From Heptranchias perlo (Eukaryota): a stretch of DNA of 64,000 nucleotides. Below the pieces are notes generated by a model, which saw nothing but the letters and a program-made list of their open reading frames with translations, was not told the DNA's origin and did no database searches. Where the stretch lies: contig NC_090329.1 of the NCBI RefSeq assembly GCF_035084215.1, positions 13,516,001 through 13,580,000 of the forward strand, in the 5' to 3' direction. The translations under genes and the position numbers were made by a program. Of this stretch, positions 1 through 11,770 are shown in pieces (within the stretch, counting starts at the first letter, position 1; the number at the start of each line of letters is the position of its first letter).

Positions 1-254
1 ACCTATCTGCGCATCCTGCTAGCCTATGGCTCCTCTAGTCTTTCACATGTCTCATTACGATGACAACAAAATGAAAAGGTATGGCAGATCTGCAAATTTC
101 AATATTGTTCCCTCATTTCCCAAGTCCAGATCATTTATGTACATAACAAGCGTTCCCCAATGGACCTCTGTGCAATACATCTTTCCATTCTAAGAAACAT
201 TTTTTTAAAACTGCTTTCTGCCCTTCAGCCAGCCCTCTATCCTTTTTTTAAAAC

Positions 255-795
255 ATTTGTTCATGGGATGTGGGCGTCGCTGGCAAGGCCAGCATTTATT
301 GCCCATCCCTAATTGCCCTCGAGAAGGTGGTGGTGAGCTGCCTTCTTGAACCGCTGCTGTCCGTGTGGTGGTGAAGGTTCTCCCACAGTGCTGTTAGGAA
401 GGGAGTTCCAGGATTTTGACCCAGCGACGATCAAGGAACGGCGATATATTTCCAAGTCGGGATGATGTATGACTTGGAGGGGAACGTGCAGTTGGTGTTG
501 TTCCCATGTGCCTGCTGCCCTTGTCCTTCTAGTTGGAGAGGTCGCGGGTTTGGGAGGTGCTGTCGAAGAAGCCTTGGCGAGTTGCTGCAGTGCATCCTGT
601 GGATGGTACACTCTGCAGCCACTGTGTGCCAGTGGTGAAGGAAGTGAATGTTTAGGGTGGTGGATGGGGTGCCAATCAAGTGGGCTGCTTTGTCCTGGAT
701 GGTGTCGAGCTTCTTGAGTGTTGTTGGAGCTGCACTCATCCAGGCAAGTGGAGAGTATTCCATCACACTCCTGACTTGTGCCTTGTAGATTGTGC
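255..795 (-). mobile_element. 5'-truncated CR1/L2-group LINE 3' fragment (family A: 'MEYSPLAWMSAAPTTLKKLDTIQDKAA')
   Basis: C-terminal ORF2 peptide in ORF 431..766. The 3' UTR is shared with the copies at 38455-39915 and 52065-53700. Confidence 0.85.
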
Positions 796-1750
796 CCGTG
801 TGGCCACATTCTCCTAATTCTACGTGCCACTATCTTTGCCATTAAGCTTTTTTTTTGTTATGTCATCAAATTCTTTCTGAAAATACACATAATCTATATT
901 CAAATTTCTTTATCTGTCGTTTCTTCAAAGAATTTTCCAAGATTGGTCAAGCACAACCTGCCTTTTAGAAATCGGTGCTTACTGGCCCCAATCAACTCCT
1001 GTTTCCCCAGTTGCTTGGAATTTTCATCAAAAGCTACACTTTAGGACCTAGATTACACACGAGCAACAAGACGACATACTAGTCAACTTTAAATTTATTT
1101 TTCACTAATTTCAATATATGGTCTCTGGTCCGATTAGCATGATTTGTCTTGAAGTAATATTCTGTGCTTACCTTATCTTTTAATACTTTCTGTATACTTC
1201 ACTGAAGTCTACCTTTATTCTTCTCTATCCTGTAAAGGTTAAGCTTCTGCTTCCTCATAAAGCCTTTATGCTTGGAATCATTCTTGTTGCTCTTCTCTGC
1301 AGCCTTTCCTTTCAAACTTTGCGGCTGTTGTCTGCTCCGCCCCCAGTGCTTGAATGTCTTCCATGTGCCTCCACACCCAGAACTGACAATATTCAAGGTG
1401 AGGTCTGAACAGACTGTACGATTTCATCACAATTTCCTTTAACTCTTATTCTGTTTTGGTTATGTAGATCAACGTTCTATTAGCTTTACTGATTTCTATT
1501 CTGCTTTGGTTGGACATTTTGAACGTCGAGTGTACAACGACTCCCAGGGCTCACTCAACTTCATCCTCAGCTATTTCAACAGCATTCATGGTGCACGTTC
1601 CTGGCCTACTTTTCCTTCCTATGCGCAACTTTTATCTTCAGTAAAACTCACCTATCATCGTTCTGCCCAAATACATATTTTGTTCAACTCATTCTGTAAT
1701 TTCTGAGCTGCCTCCTTTGATTTCACTGCCCGTCCTAGTTTGGTTCCAGT
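796..1750 (-). mobile_element. Heavily decayed CR1 LINE remnant
   Basis: Scattered antisense similarity to CR1 ORF2 segments seen in younger copies in this window; many stops. Confidence 0.5.
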
Positions 1751-3396
1751 TTAATTTTTATATAAAACCCATAGAAAACGGCACTAGAGTTGCTAGAAAG
1801 ACTTCAGAAACTCGCCCCACAAACCCATCCAGTGGTCAGGGTCTGCAACAACACTGTCAGGTGACAGCAAAATTGAATGGGAAACGTTGACATAGCACTT
1901 TATGACAGTAAATGTTAACAAAGGTATGAACCAAAATGGTGACAACAGGAAGTAAGGTTTCTGGAGAGGGAGTGTACATCATATGTAAGATTTTTAATAT
2001 ATTGATATAGAATACAGACAATGAAATAAAATGATTAACTTTTAAAAAAACAATTATGTTGCAGGTTGCTAACGTAAATGCTTAATCTGAAATTCTCCTC
2101 TCCACTATTTTAGTGTTAAGCCATTTAAAAATTTAGGTTAATATCTCAGGCAAAATAGCAGACAGGAATTTCAAATTAATGCATTGTGTACAACAGTATC
2201 ACAAGGCATAATTTTTTTTTAAAAGAAGAGTGAACTGCAAAAATCAGTGACATTTGATCTCTATTCACTTCTTCTCTCTTCTTCCCCATCTCAAAGAAAC
2301 CTGATCTTTCTAGTTCACTTGGTTTACAAAACAAGCAATCTTCACACAATGAACAGCAGGTTTCAATTTAATATGGGGAAAACTCCTTGGGGAAACTACC
2401 AAGGAACATAGCCAATATAACACATTAGGATACACAAAAATTATGAGGCAGCCCCACAAGACTCTACCTCACATCACTGATATCAAAGGGCCATCCAATA
2501 AGCTAACTGATTGGGACAAGCATTTCATTAAAGATTACTTTCAACAGATGATCAAACAAACAGTAAATCTGCTACTCACTGTGACTTACCTGCATCAGAA
2601 ATATTCTTTATGCCCTTGAATGAGCATTCAGCAAATGAGAATTATCATCGATTCTACAGTGTGTTAGTGAGTCCCACAACATTAAAAATTCATACCTGCT
2701 GGACAAACATATCTTATTGTCTGAGCTCCAGCTGCAACACCTTATTCTCCCATACATATTTTATACTCGTGGCCAACTACAATCAGCAGTTCTCTGGTCC
2801 CAGATAGCAAGAATTTGATAAAGAAACCGAATGAGTCAAAGAAATATTAAGTACCAAGACAAATAGCTAAAAAAAATTCTCTATATTTGAATATATCCTG
2901 CCGTTCTACCTCTTCATCCCTGGCCTTTGAAGAATGTGATTACCCTCAGCAATTTCATTTAAAATCACTTTCGCTGGTGTAATTTGTGATCTAAATTAGT
3001 AATTACAAGAAAAACACAGCTCATTGTAATAATAGCTACTGTCAAACAGAAAGCCAGAGACAATTCATATAGCCCTGAGCTGCCAATTCAGAGGTGTTAA
3101 ACATATAGGAGGTCAGGTTAGACTATGCATCAATAGACAAATTTAAAAAAAGTCTTGGTATGTAATGTTGATATATCACGCAGTTTGTTTAAAAATAAAA
3201 ACATTACAGGTTTGAAATTATACAGGCTGAGCTTCACTTTTAGAATATCAGCTTTTCTGTAATACATGTTATTTCTCCTCCCTAACAAGTCAACTAATAA
3301 ACTAAATTCTCTCCTATAAATAAAAGTACATCTAAAAAAATAGTTGTACAGGAATCCAATAAATTTAAGCACCAACTAAGGGAAAGCTGGGAGATA

Positions 3397-3431
3397 GTGC
3401 TCCCCCTAGTGGTAATTTTGAAGGTAATGCA
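3397..3431 (-). promoter_or_regulatory. Candidate CTCF site with upstream motif
   Basis: Minus strand reads TGCATTACC-TTCAAAA-TTACCACTAGGGGGAGCAC. The core is close to CCACYAGGGGGCGC and a TGCAGTACC-like module sits at about the expected spacing. Confidence 0.6.
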
Positions 3432-4669
3432 CTCCCAGCTTGTGCTATCAAGTTTCAGGCCCATCACCTGATTATGGGGCTTGTAGCCAGCCACCCGCTA
3501 CAGTCCAGACAGTGTGCAGCAGCATTTGTCAAGTGGAACTGCTGGAGGAAGGTGCAGATTGTCACAGTTTTGAGTTCAGAGTCTTGTGGAAAGCCTACAA
3601 GGCATATTCTTCTGGCATGTGGAAGTGACAATTGGACTGGTGGGTCAGTGCCGAAAGGGGTATCAGGCAGGGCTGCTATTTGCTTTCACGTGGCTGTGCA
3701 TAAGCACTGTTGATCTCATGCTATCTGTGACCTGCAGGTTTACCAGAGCGTACGGTTTAACGACTAAACTTCTGCCATGCTCAAGGGGAAATAAAATTTT
3801 AATGCACAATAAGGACCCAAAAAACACTTAAAACAAATCACTGCATTTGATATTGAAAAGCGAGGGGAAAACATGCAAGGCTTCACTGGAAGCCTGTGCT
3901 TGCATGGGAGACTGGGGCATGGACGCAGTCAAGCTGAGAGGAAGAAACGGGGACAGGGCATGCGAGAAACAGACAGACACACACAGTGTGAAAACTACAT
4001 ATTTACTTTATTTACATTGTACTGGTTTTCAGCCTCATGTGGTATTGCACACCAAAAGCAGGAACAAAAAATGATAGAAATACGCAGCATTTCAATAGAG
4101 AAAAAGTTGCTGTACCATTGATAAGGCGAGTCTTATCCAGCAAGTTTCCACTGTGACAAATGAAGATTCCACTGTATATAAAACCAGCCAGGTGACCAAA
4201 CTTTGCTTAGAATTGACAAAATCAAAAGTACATATCTGATGAGAAAAAAATTCCTCATCAAAAAACAGGTAAATATTTTTTATCATAAATAAAGAGTATT
4301 AACAAAATCACAGTAATGCATGGTTTTGAAATGTGATTTCTCAGAATCCAATTTTGTGAGATCATTTCTTTTCCCCAAAATGAGGGGGAAAAGCCTATAC
4401 TACATATGGCTTGCAGCCAGGTCGAAGAATTGAAGTGAATGGCAGGTGCAGCTGCAGATGTTATGCCTACTGCTTAGAAAAAGAGTGGGAACGGCAGGTC
4501 ATGTGTCAGTATCAGTGCAGATGACATTGCAACTTATGCCAAACATGCACTCTCCAAAGGGCCAGACCCTCACCATCAAGAATGCAGAATTTTGCATCAA
4601 GAAAACAAAACTTATGCTTCAAATTAGATTTACAAAGTGGACATTAAAGGGTGCAATCTAAGATGATAA

Positions 4670-4890
4670 TTTAGGTAGTGGAAATCTGGAACTTTTCTCC
4701 AAAAGGCTGTAGATGCTGAGTCAATTGAAATTTGTGAGACTGAAATTGATAGATTTTTTGTTAGATAAAGGTATCAAGGGACATGGAGAAACGGTGAGGA
4801 AATGGAGTCGAGGTACAGGTCAGACATGATCTAATAGAATGGCGGAACAGGCTCGAGGGGCTGAATGGCCTACTCCTGTTCCTATGTTGC
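4670..4890 (+). mobile_element. CR1 LINE 3' end fragment
   Basis: Decayed RVV.IWN coding tail and the 3' UTR 'gaatggcggaacaggctcgaggggctgaatggcctactcctgttcctatg'. Confidence 0.8.
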
Positions 4891-5169
4891 CAATTGTTTT
4901 TATGAACAATTTTTACAAAATATAAAAGTCTGTACCTTTTTGATTGATTTGAGCCCCACCTATCCACCTGCACACCACATCCCTCAACCCTCTCCCCTCT
5001 GTAAACACATCTGCTTCCTTCTTGAACTGATTGCTACCATTTACTTCAGTGTTCTTCCCTGGTTAACAAATTCTACAACCCTAATAACCTTTGTGTAAGA
5101 GTTCTGCTTCACTTCTCTTCTGACTCCCAATTTGTTCATTTTTAAATTGACTTGAACAATTTGCCAGTA

Positions 5170-5385
5170 TAAAGTTTGTTAATTCCCTGGAATTCTTTCC
5201 CCCTAAAGGCTGCGGATGCTGGGTCAATTGAAATTTTCAAGACTGAGATCGATAGATTTTTATTAGACAACGGTATCAAGGGATATGGAGCAAAGGCAGC
5301 TAAATGGAGTTGAGGTACAGATCAGCCATGATCTAACTGAATGGCAGAACAGACTCAAGGGGCTAAACAGCCTATTCCTGTACCT
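5170..5385 (+). mobile_element. CR1 LINE 3' end fragment
   Basis: Same 3' end as 4670-4890 and 58045-58400. Confidence 0.8.
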
Positions 5386-5668
5386 AACTCGTTAATTAAA
5401 TTTATTTTCCAAAGAGAACAAGCCCAATTATCCTGAACTGATTACTTGTCCTGAAGCACAGAATTATCTTAGTTGCTTAGCTGTATACTTTCTCGAAGGC
5501 AATGACACCCTCTTAGTGATTAGGTGACTATAAATGTACAAGGATCTCAATATTGTCTGCCCAGTGCCTTATATAGCAAGTTATCTTTTTGATTTGTAGT
5601 TTATCCCTCTGCTAATATAAACCAGAACTTCACCATTTTACAGTAGCCAAGTACTGTACTGATGGTTT

Positions 5669-6776
5669 CATAAGAACATAAGAAATAGGAGCAGGATTAG
5701 GCCAATCGGCCCCTCGAGCCTGCTCCGCCATTCAATAAGATCATGGCTGATCTGATCCTAACCTCAAATCTAAATTCATGTCCAATTTCCTGCCCGCTCC
5801 CCATAACCCCTAATTCCCTTCACTTCTAGGAAACTGTCTATTTCTGTTTTAAATTTATTTAATGATGTAGCTTCCACAGCTTCCTGGGGCAGCAAATTCC
5901 ACAGACCTACTACCCTCTGAGTGAAGAAGTTTCTCATCTCAGTTTTGAAAGAGCAGCCCCTTATTCTAAGATTATGCCCCCTCGTTCTAGTTTCACCCAT
6001 CCTTGCCGCACCCACCTGATCAAGCCCCTTCACAATCTTATATGTTTCAATAAGATCGCCTCTCATTCTTCTGAACTCCAATGAGTAGAGTCCCAATCTA
6101 CTCAACCTCTCCTCATATGTCCGCCCCCTCATCCCCGGGATTAACCGAGTGAACCTTCTTTGTACTGCCTCGAGAGCAAGTATGTCTTTTCTTAAGTATG
6201 GACACCAAAACTGCATGCAGTATTCCAGGTGCGGTCTCACCAATACCTTATATAACTGCAGCAATACCTCCCTGTTTTTATATTCTATCCCCCTAGCAAT
6301 AAAAGCCAACATTCCGTTGGCCTTCTTGATCACCTGCTGCACCTGCATACTAACTTTTTGATTGTCTTGCACTAGGACCCCCAGATCCCTTTGTACTGCA
6401 GTACTTTCCAGTTTCTCGCCATTAAGATAATAACTTGCTCTCTGATTTTTCCTGCCAAAGTGCATAACCTCACATTTTCCAATATTGTATTGCATCTGCC
6501 AAATCTCCACCCACTCACCCAGCCTGTCTATATCCCCCTGTAGGTTTTTTATGTCCTCCTCACTCTCTACTTTCCCTCCCATCTTTGTATCATCTGCAAA
6601 CTTTGATATGTTACACTCGGTCCCCTCCTCCAAATCGTTAATATAGATTGTAAACAGTTGGGGACCCAGCACCGACCTCTGCGGAACACCACTGGCTACT
6701 GGTTGCCAGTCCGAGAATGAACCATTTATCCCAACTCTCTGCTTCCTGTTAGATAACCAATCCTCCACCCATGCCA
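5669..6776 (-). mobile_element. Young 5'-truncated CR1 LINE (RT C-terminal part), inserted in an older CR1 remnant
   Basis: 330-aa open frame with QRSVLGP, YINDL and SKFADDTK. CATAAGAA tail repeat at 5669. Flanking GGTTT duplication at 5664-5668 and 6777-6781. Confidence 0.93.
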
Positions 6777-7819
6777 GGTTTATCCACAGTAACTCCTGGA
6801 CTACTTTTGGTCAGTGCATTATATCTGGGTGGAAGAGAAGGCTCAACAATGGAAAGGGGAAACTCTTTCAGGGAGTCAGTGAGATTGGATTATTCAATGC
6901 TAAGTTGTCTCAAAAATCACATGTTGGGACAAGAACATTAGAGTAGGTGCAGTTTCTGATGGTCAGAACCAGAGCATGTGGAAGGATTACTAGTCCAGCG
7001 CAGGCGATGTACCATTCCCTCAAACAGGCTTTACCCTCCAGTGTGGAAATCTGTAGCTTTTTTCAAGTACCAACCAGCATGGGAAGGACTTCCAAAACTG
7101 AATCCATCTCTGCTGTCTGAACCTAAAATGGTTGAGATCAATCTTAGTCCACTTAATTCTGCACAATTTTCTTCATTCACAAGGAGAAGGTTAGCGCCAA
7201 GGAAACTGCTTTTATTTTGTTGAGGTTTGGCATCCATAGTCCTCAGATGATGGCGTAAAGCCCAGTAATGCCATGCTACAACCTGCAATGGAGCTCCCAA
7301 AAGGCTGTAGTCACTAAACATGGACAGGGGTGCAGTTGGTACAAAATCTTCATTTGGTACCAGCTGGTCAAGCTTCAGAGGAAGAACTTCTCCCTACTGA
7401 GGCAAAGGCAAAGGCCCTGGTACAGGACAAAGACCCAGCCTTCTTGGGTACCAGGTGTGGCCCAATAGTGCAGATTCATCCTATCTTTCTGTGCCAAAAC
7501 TCAGTCCTGGAGAATTAGCTCCTATCTTTGCAAAATGTATTATCTCTAAAACTTTATTTGGAACTGCAATCAAGAAAACATCCAGCGACTAACACCGACC
7601 ACTGAGTCACTGAAAAATATAACAAATGTTGAAAACTGACGGCCAGTGGGAAAGGACAGTGCAGTACAGCCTGCCGATGTAGAAAAGAATCAGAACAAAG
7701 AGTCAGTGTAGACACCTTTACGTAGCACATGAACGGAAGATCACTCTATGGCTTCGGTAACATTCTCCACCATCAACCTGGGCTTATTATTAAATGTGGA
7801 AAATGCTGGATTGAGTATT

Positions 7820-8160
7820 AAATTTCTTTCTTTTTCTCAATTTTCTCCTCCTCTTCCATCCCCTGAAAGTGTTGACTCCTTGCTGGTTTTGGTTCCACGG
7901 ATGTCCTCCATTACTTCACCCAGATGGCTATTATTCAACTATGATCCTCCTTCATGAACGGTGGCAAGCTATTTCCCCATGAAGGGCCGCACAGCTAGGC
8001 TCTTGGGTCAGTACACACAGCCCCACTTCTATTAGGGGTAACTGGATAGCCGTCAGGGACAGGAACCCTGGTCAATTTGCTCCTCCAGTGAGTGAAGCTA
8101 ATTGCTTCAGTTGAGATCAGCTAACTTAGTACAGACTGGAGATTGACCCTATTTGGTGTG
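7820..8160 (-). mobile_element. Old SINE-like dispersed repeat
   Basis: 'gagatcagctaact' here is the reverse complement of 'agttagctgatctc' at ~9224-9237. Related pieces appear near 20080-20170 and 48080-48230. Confidence 0.45.
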
Positions 8161-8439
8161 GTTCAGTTACTCAGAGCCATTAGCGAGCTGTTAACATTCC
8201 GTTTAACACCTAATCCTTCAGATTACAAAATTTGCCTGCACTGTGACAAAATTGATAGGTCTTCTGGCTGTTATCCTTCCCAAAACCAAAACAGTTTGCC
8301 AGTTTACGAACGTGATGCCTCTACACAAATATACCACGTCTTTATTCCCTTCTAATTTGGCAAATGACACATAATACCAATCCCCTGCACTTTAAGAGCA
8401 ATATTTGCCATTCAAAAATGGATCAGTTATTGAACTCAC

Positions 8440-8529
8440 CATTTTTACTTTGTCAAAAGCAACAGGTTTATTTGATTTCTCTTGGTCTTTTCCCCTCTTC
8501 TTTTCATCTTTCCTTTTGTCCTTTTCTCT
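8440..8529 (-). CDS. SMAP1: SMAP1 coding exon (exon 6 equivalent), Lys/Glu-rich segment
   Basis: Encodes REKDKRKDEKKRGKDQEKSNKPVAFDKVKM. Acceptor gtttgcag|AGA, strong donor ATG|gtgagt. A weaker in-frame donor AAA|gtaaaa would end the exon at 8449. Confidence 0.88.
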
Positions 8530-10017
8530 CTGCAAACATAAAATTGCACTTATAACCTATATATCAAAAAATAACTCCTCCAAGCTCAAAAGATTACATA
8601 TAGTTCCTATTTGTTGCCACTTACGTAAAATAACGCATCATTCATAAAAAAATAGCATAAAACAGGTATTAGCTTCTGATCAGGCATTATTTCCTCTTTT
8701 GTGATTAAATGATGTTTAAACAGTTTAATTCTCATTCACTTTAAATGGAGAGGAAGAGGCAACTCTTATTGGCAACATAGTAGCCACTGGCAAACAGTTC
8801 CACCACATTATTCCTATTTATATACTATGCAGTGCTAACATGCAGGTTTGGACTAGCAACTCTCAGCAGTTTTGATCTTGAATGGAGATCGGAGCTTCAA
8901 CATGCACTTCAGGTACAGTAAATTTTGTTCTAACAAAACATACGAGTAATTCTTGGCCACCCTCCTCAAACTAGTGACAGGCTTAGAGCAACATTGGCAG
9001 AGGCCGGGCGGGGGAAGACTGCCGTCAATGTCTACGTTTGATGACGTAACAGCACAGCAGGTAATCTTAACTTTATGTAGCAATGATCATATTTGAAATA
9101 TCGTGTTTAATTTTGAGCACCTTACCTTCAAAGAAACATTAACCTACATTCAGAGTTCAGAGCTCAGAGCTCAGCTGATGAGGACAGTGGGCAACTGGAC
9201 GAAACAGACTGGGAAAGTCTCCAGTTAGCTGATCTCAGAAAGGGCATTAGGAGTGTTACAATTGGTCTCCGTAATCTTGGGAGGAAAAATTAAGCCTTCA
9301 AATAATAGAGTGGATAAGTGATTAGTTAACTGGATTGAAGGTTATAAGGTTTGTATGAATGGTCCCCAGCTTTTGAGATGTGTTATCAATGGAATGGAAC
9401 TGGTCAGAAAAGTGCGTTCTAAAATAGACATAAAAAATGTTCTTCCATTACTTCCAGCATTTTTTTGCGGGGGTGGGGGGGGGGGTGCAGTGGAGAACCA
9501 GAGGTTTAGCCTGTTGGGGGTTTTTAACAACAGTTGGCTGCATTGTGTTGGGTGGAACTCACAGGAGGGCAAACTGTAGAGGAAATGGGTTGATCAATCA
9601 AGCCGCCCTCTCATTTCTTACTAGCAGTGCAGCAACAAAGGTGAAGGTTTCAAGCAGGCCTGGTGCATTTCTGATGGACTGTTGTTTTGTTTCAACACCA
9701 AATGAAATAGCAGACAGACGCACTTATCTTTGGTGAATGGTCACTTGGCAAAATAATGGGTATTGAATATCACAGATCTGAAGTTCTATAGTACAAAATA
9801 AATGTCAGTGTGATATCGTTTACAAAACAGACACAGCAGGTTCTCTCTAGAAACTTATTATGTCTCCTTCCTAACATTTGTAAGCATGATTTGCATTCCT
9901 ACCAGGGCTTGCTAATGAAACATTTATTAATTAAACCTATAGAAAGATCATGCACTGCAGAGTGAAACACATCACATTCAGTGTCCATCACTACTTGATA
10001 GTTCTGTAAAAGAATAC

Positions 10018-10095
10018 CTCCAGTTTGCTCTTCTCAGCAGCATTTGATAAAGAAGGAGATGATGGCAAGGGCGCAGCAACATCAGAGGAGGTTAT
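10018..10095 (-). CDS. SMAP1: SMAP1 coding exon (exon 5 equivalent, frame-symmetric cassette-type)
   Basis: Encodes ITSSDVAAPLPSSPSLSNAAEKSKLE, similar to human SMAP1 ISSSDAPLQPLVSSPSLQAAVDKNKLE as recalled. Acceptor gttctatgcag|ATA, donor GAG|gtattc, 78 nt, phase 0-0. Confidence 0.88.
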
Positions 10096-10478
10096 CTGCA
10101 TAGAACAGATGAAAGGAACAAGCAGATGTGCATGAAGAAATAATAGTTAGAAGCAGAAAACAAGCATTAGCATAAATTTTAGAATATAAAAAGAGCTACA
10201 AGCTGAAATGTCAACACCCAATATCAGTGACCAATGAAATAAAGTAGTGTGATCAGCCATTTTTTGTAGGGTATCAATCTAGATAAATTGCACAACCACA
10301 TAATTCAGGCGTACAAATTTGTGACTACTGTAATTTCAACACCTTTAAAAAGAAAATATTGTAATACTGTCCATGGTCCAGAAGTCTATTTGATCACATC
10401 TCTTAAGCTGCTAATACGATGTTGAAAGCTCTTTGCACACACAAGCAAAATGTAGGATAATTTCAGATTAAGCTCCTT

Positions 10479-10539
10479 TATATGTGGATGTTATCCATGA
10501 TTAGATCATTGCTATAATTGTGGATAACATCCACATATA
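10479..10539. repeat. Perfect 19-bp inverted repeat (hairpin)
   Basis: TATATGTGGATGTTATCCA (10479-10497) pairs with TGGATAACATCCACATATA (10521-10539). Confidence 0.9.
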
Positions 10540-11049
10540 TAAAGTGACTTCTTTTCCTTATATAAATATTTTTATCACTCAGTCACAACCTTTCATACTC
10601 AAGGCGAGAAGGAGCTCCTCACGTCTAATGCTACAAACTCACTCTGAAATTCAGCTAGGGAGCTTTAGGCTACAAAACTATGAACCTCCTTCCCTCATGT
10701 TATCAGCACTTCCCAGAAGGAAAACTGTTAAAAACAAACAACCATTATTGCACAGCCCATTACACAGTGTCAACAAACCTATTATTTAGCTGATAAATTC
10801 AGCAATAATCCTCCACTTCTAAAGTGAACGCTGTCAATGTGTTTTCTTTGGACTTATTTTGGAACACCCTAGAGACTACTCCAGTTGCACAAATATCACT
10901 CTTAAAACTTTTGTAATAGGAGCCAGCTAATAACACAAATGCAGTAGCCTTTGGGATATGATCTTTCACTTGGAAATTGTCAAGTCTAAGACACTACAGA
11001 TTAGGTAAACTGCATGGCTGACACAGGCCAGAATATCTAATCACTACTA

Positions 11050-11168
11050 GTACATTGCAATAGTGACTAATACTTCAAAAAAAAATTACTTGGCTGTAAA
11101 GCGCTTTGGGACGTCCCAAGGTCGTGAAAGGTGCTATATACATGCAAGGTTTTTCTTTCTTTCTTTCT
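11050..11168 (+). mobile_element. 3' tail of a Deu-domain SINE / L2
   Basis: 'ttggctgtaaagcgctttgggacgtcc..gtgaaaggtgctatata..gcaag' followed by (TTTC)n; same tail as 41030-41305. Confidence 0.7.
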
Positions 11169-11327
11169 CTACTATTACTACTACTACACCTCTGGATAAT
11201 AAATCCCAACTAACTTTTCTGGTATGCACCATACTAACATTTCCCATTTTACTAAATCAAATTGTTTCAAAAATACAATACTACTAGTTTAATGTCATTT
11301 TTCCACTGGACTGCTTCAAGTATTTCT

Positions 11328-11623
11328 ATGATATCTGAACTCAGCTAATCAACAGTCAAATTAGTATCTGTGGAGATAACAGAATCAATTTCATATTAAT
11401 CTGCCTATTTGTGTACTGATCCAAAAGAAGGACTCAAGTTTGATAGACTTGTTGTGGAAGTAAAGGAAAACTGATTTCTCTCAGACCATAACAGGATGAT
11501 TGGGTACTCTAATATCGCTAGCAACAGCAGGTAGAGTACTTACCTCCAATTCAGAGGCAATGGGATTGAATGATATCTGAACTCAGCTAATCTACAGTCA
11601 AATTAGTATCTGTGGAGATAACA
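11328..11623 (+). repeat. 54-bp direct repeat pair
   Basis: 11328-11381 and 11570-11623 are identical except for one base; the spacer is 188 bp. Confidence 0.9.
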
Positions 11624-11632
11624 TTTTGGGCA

Positions 11633-11770
11633 TATGTCAGTTCTAATGAAGGGTTATGTGCCCAGAATGTTAAATTTATCGGTTTGGATTGTCAGATGGT
11701 GACTGAGCAGCTGTGTGTTTCCAGTTTTCTGTTTTTGTTTGATTTCCAACACTTCAGTTTTTTACTTTTT
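11633..11770 (+). mobile_element. Penelope-like element terminal remnant
   Basis: 'ttctaatgaagggttatgtgcccagaatgttaa..cagatggtgactgagcagctgtgtgtttccag..gatttccaaca'; same family as 43211-43325. Confidence 0.55.

Noticed and set aside
2585-2745. Minus-strand donor-like sites as the next SMAP1 exon (expected ..VDLLGLD)
   Set aside because: No clathrin-box DLLGLD-like peptide was found and the frame tested hits a stop; that exon probably lies beyond the left edge of the window.
6978-7518. Cluster of overlapping 60-96 aa ORFs
   Set aside because: No recognisable domain, splice structure or consistent strand.
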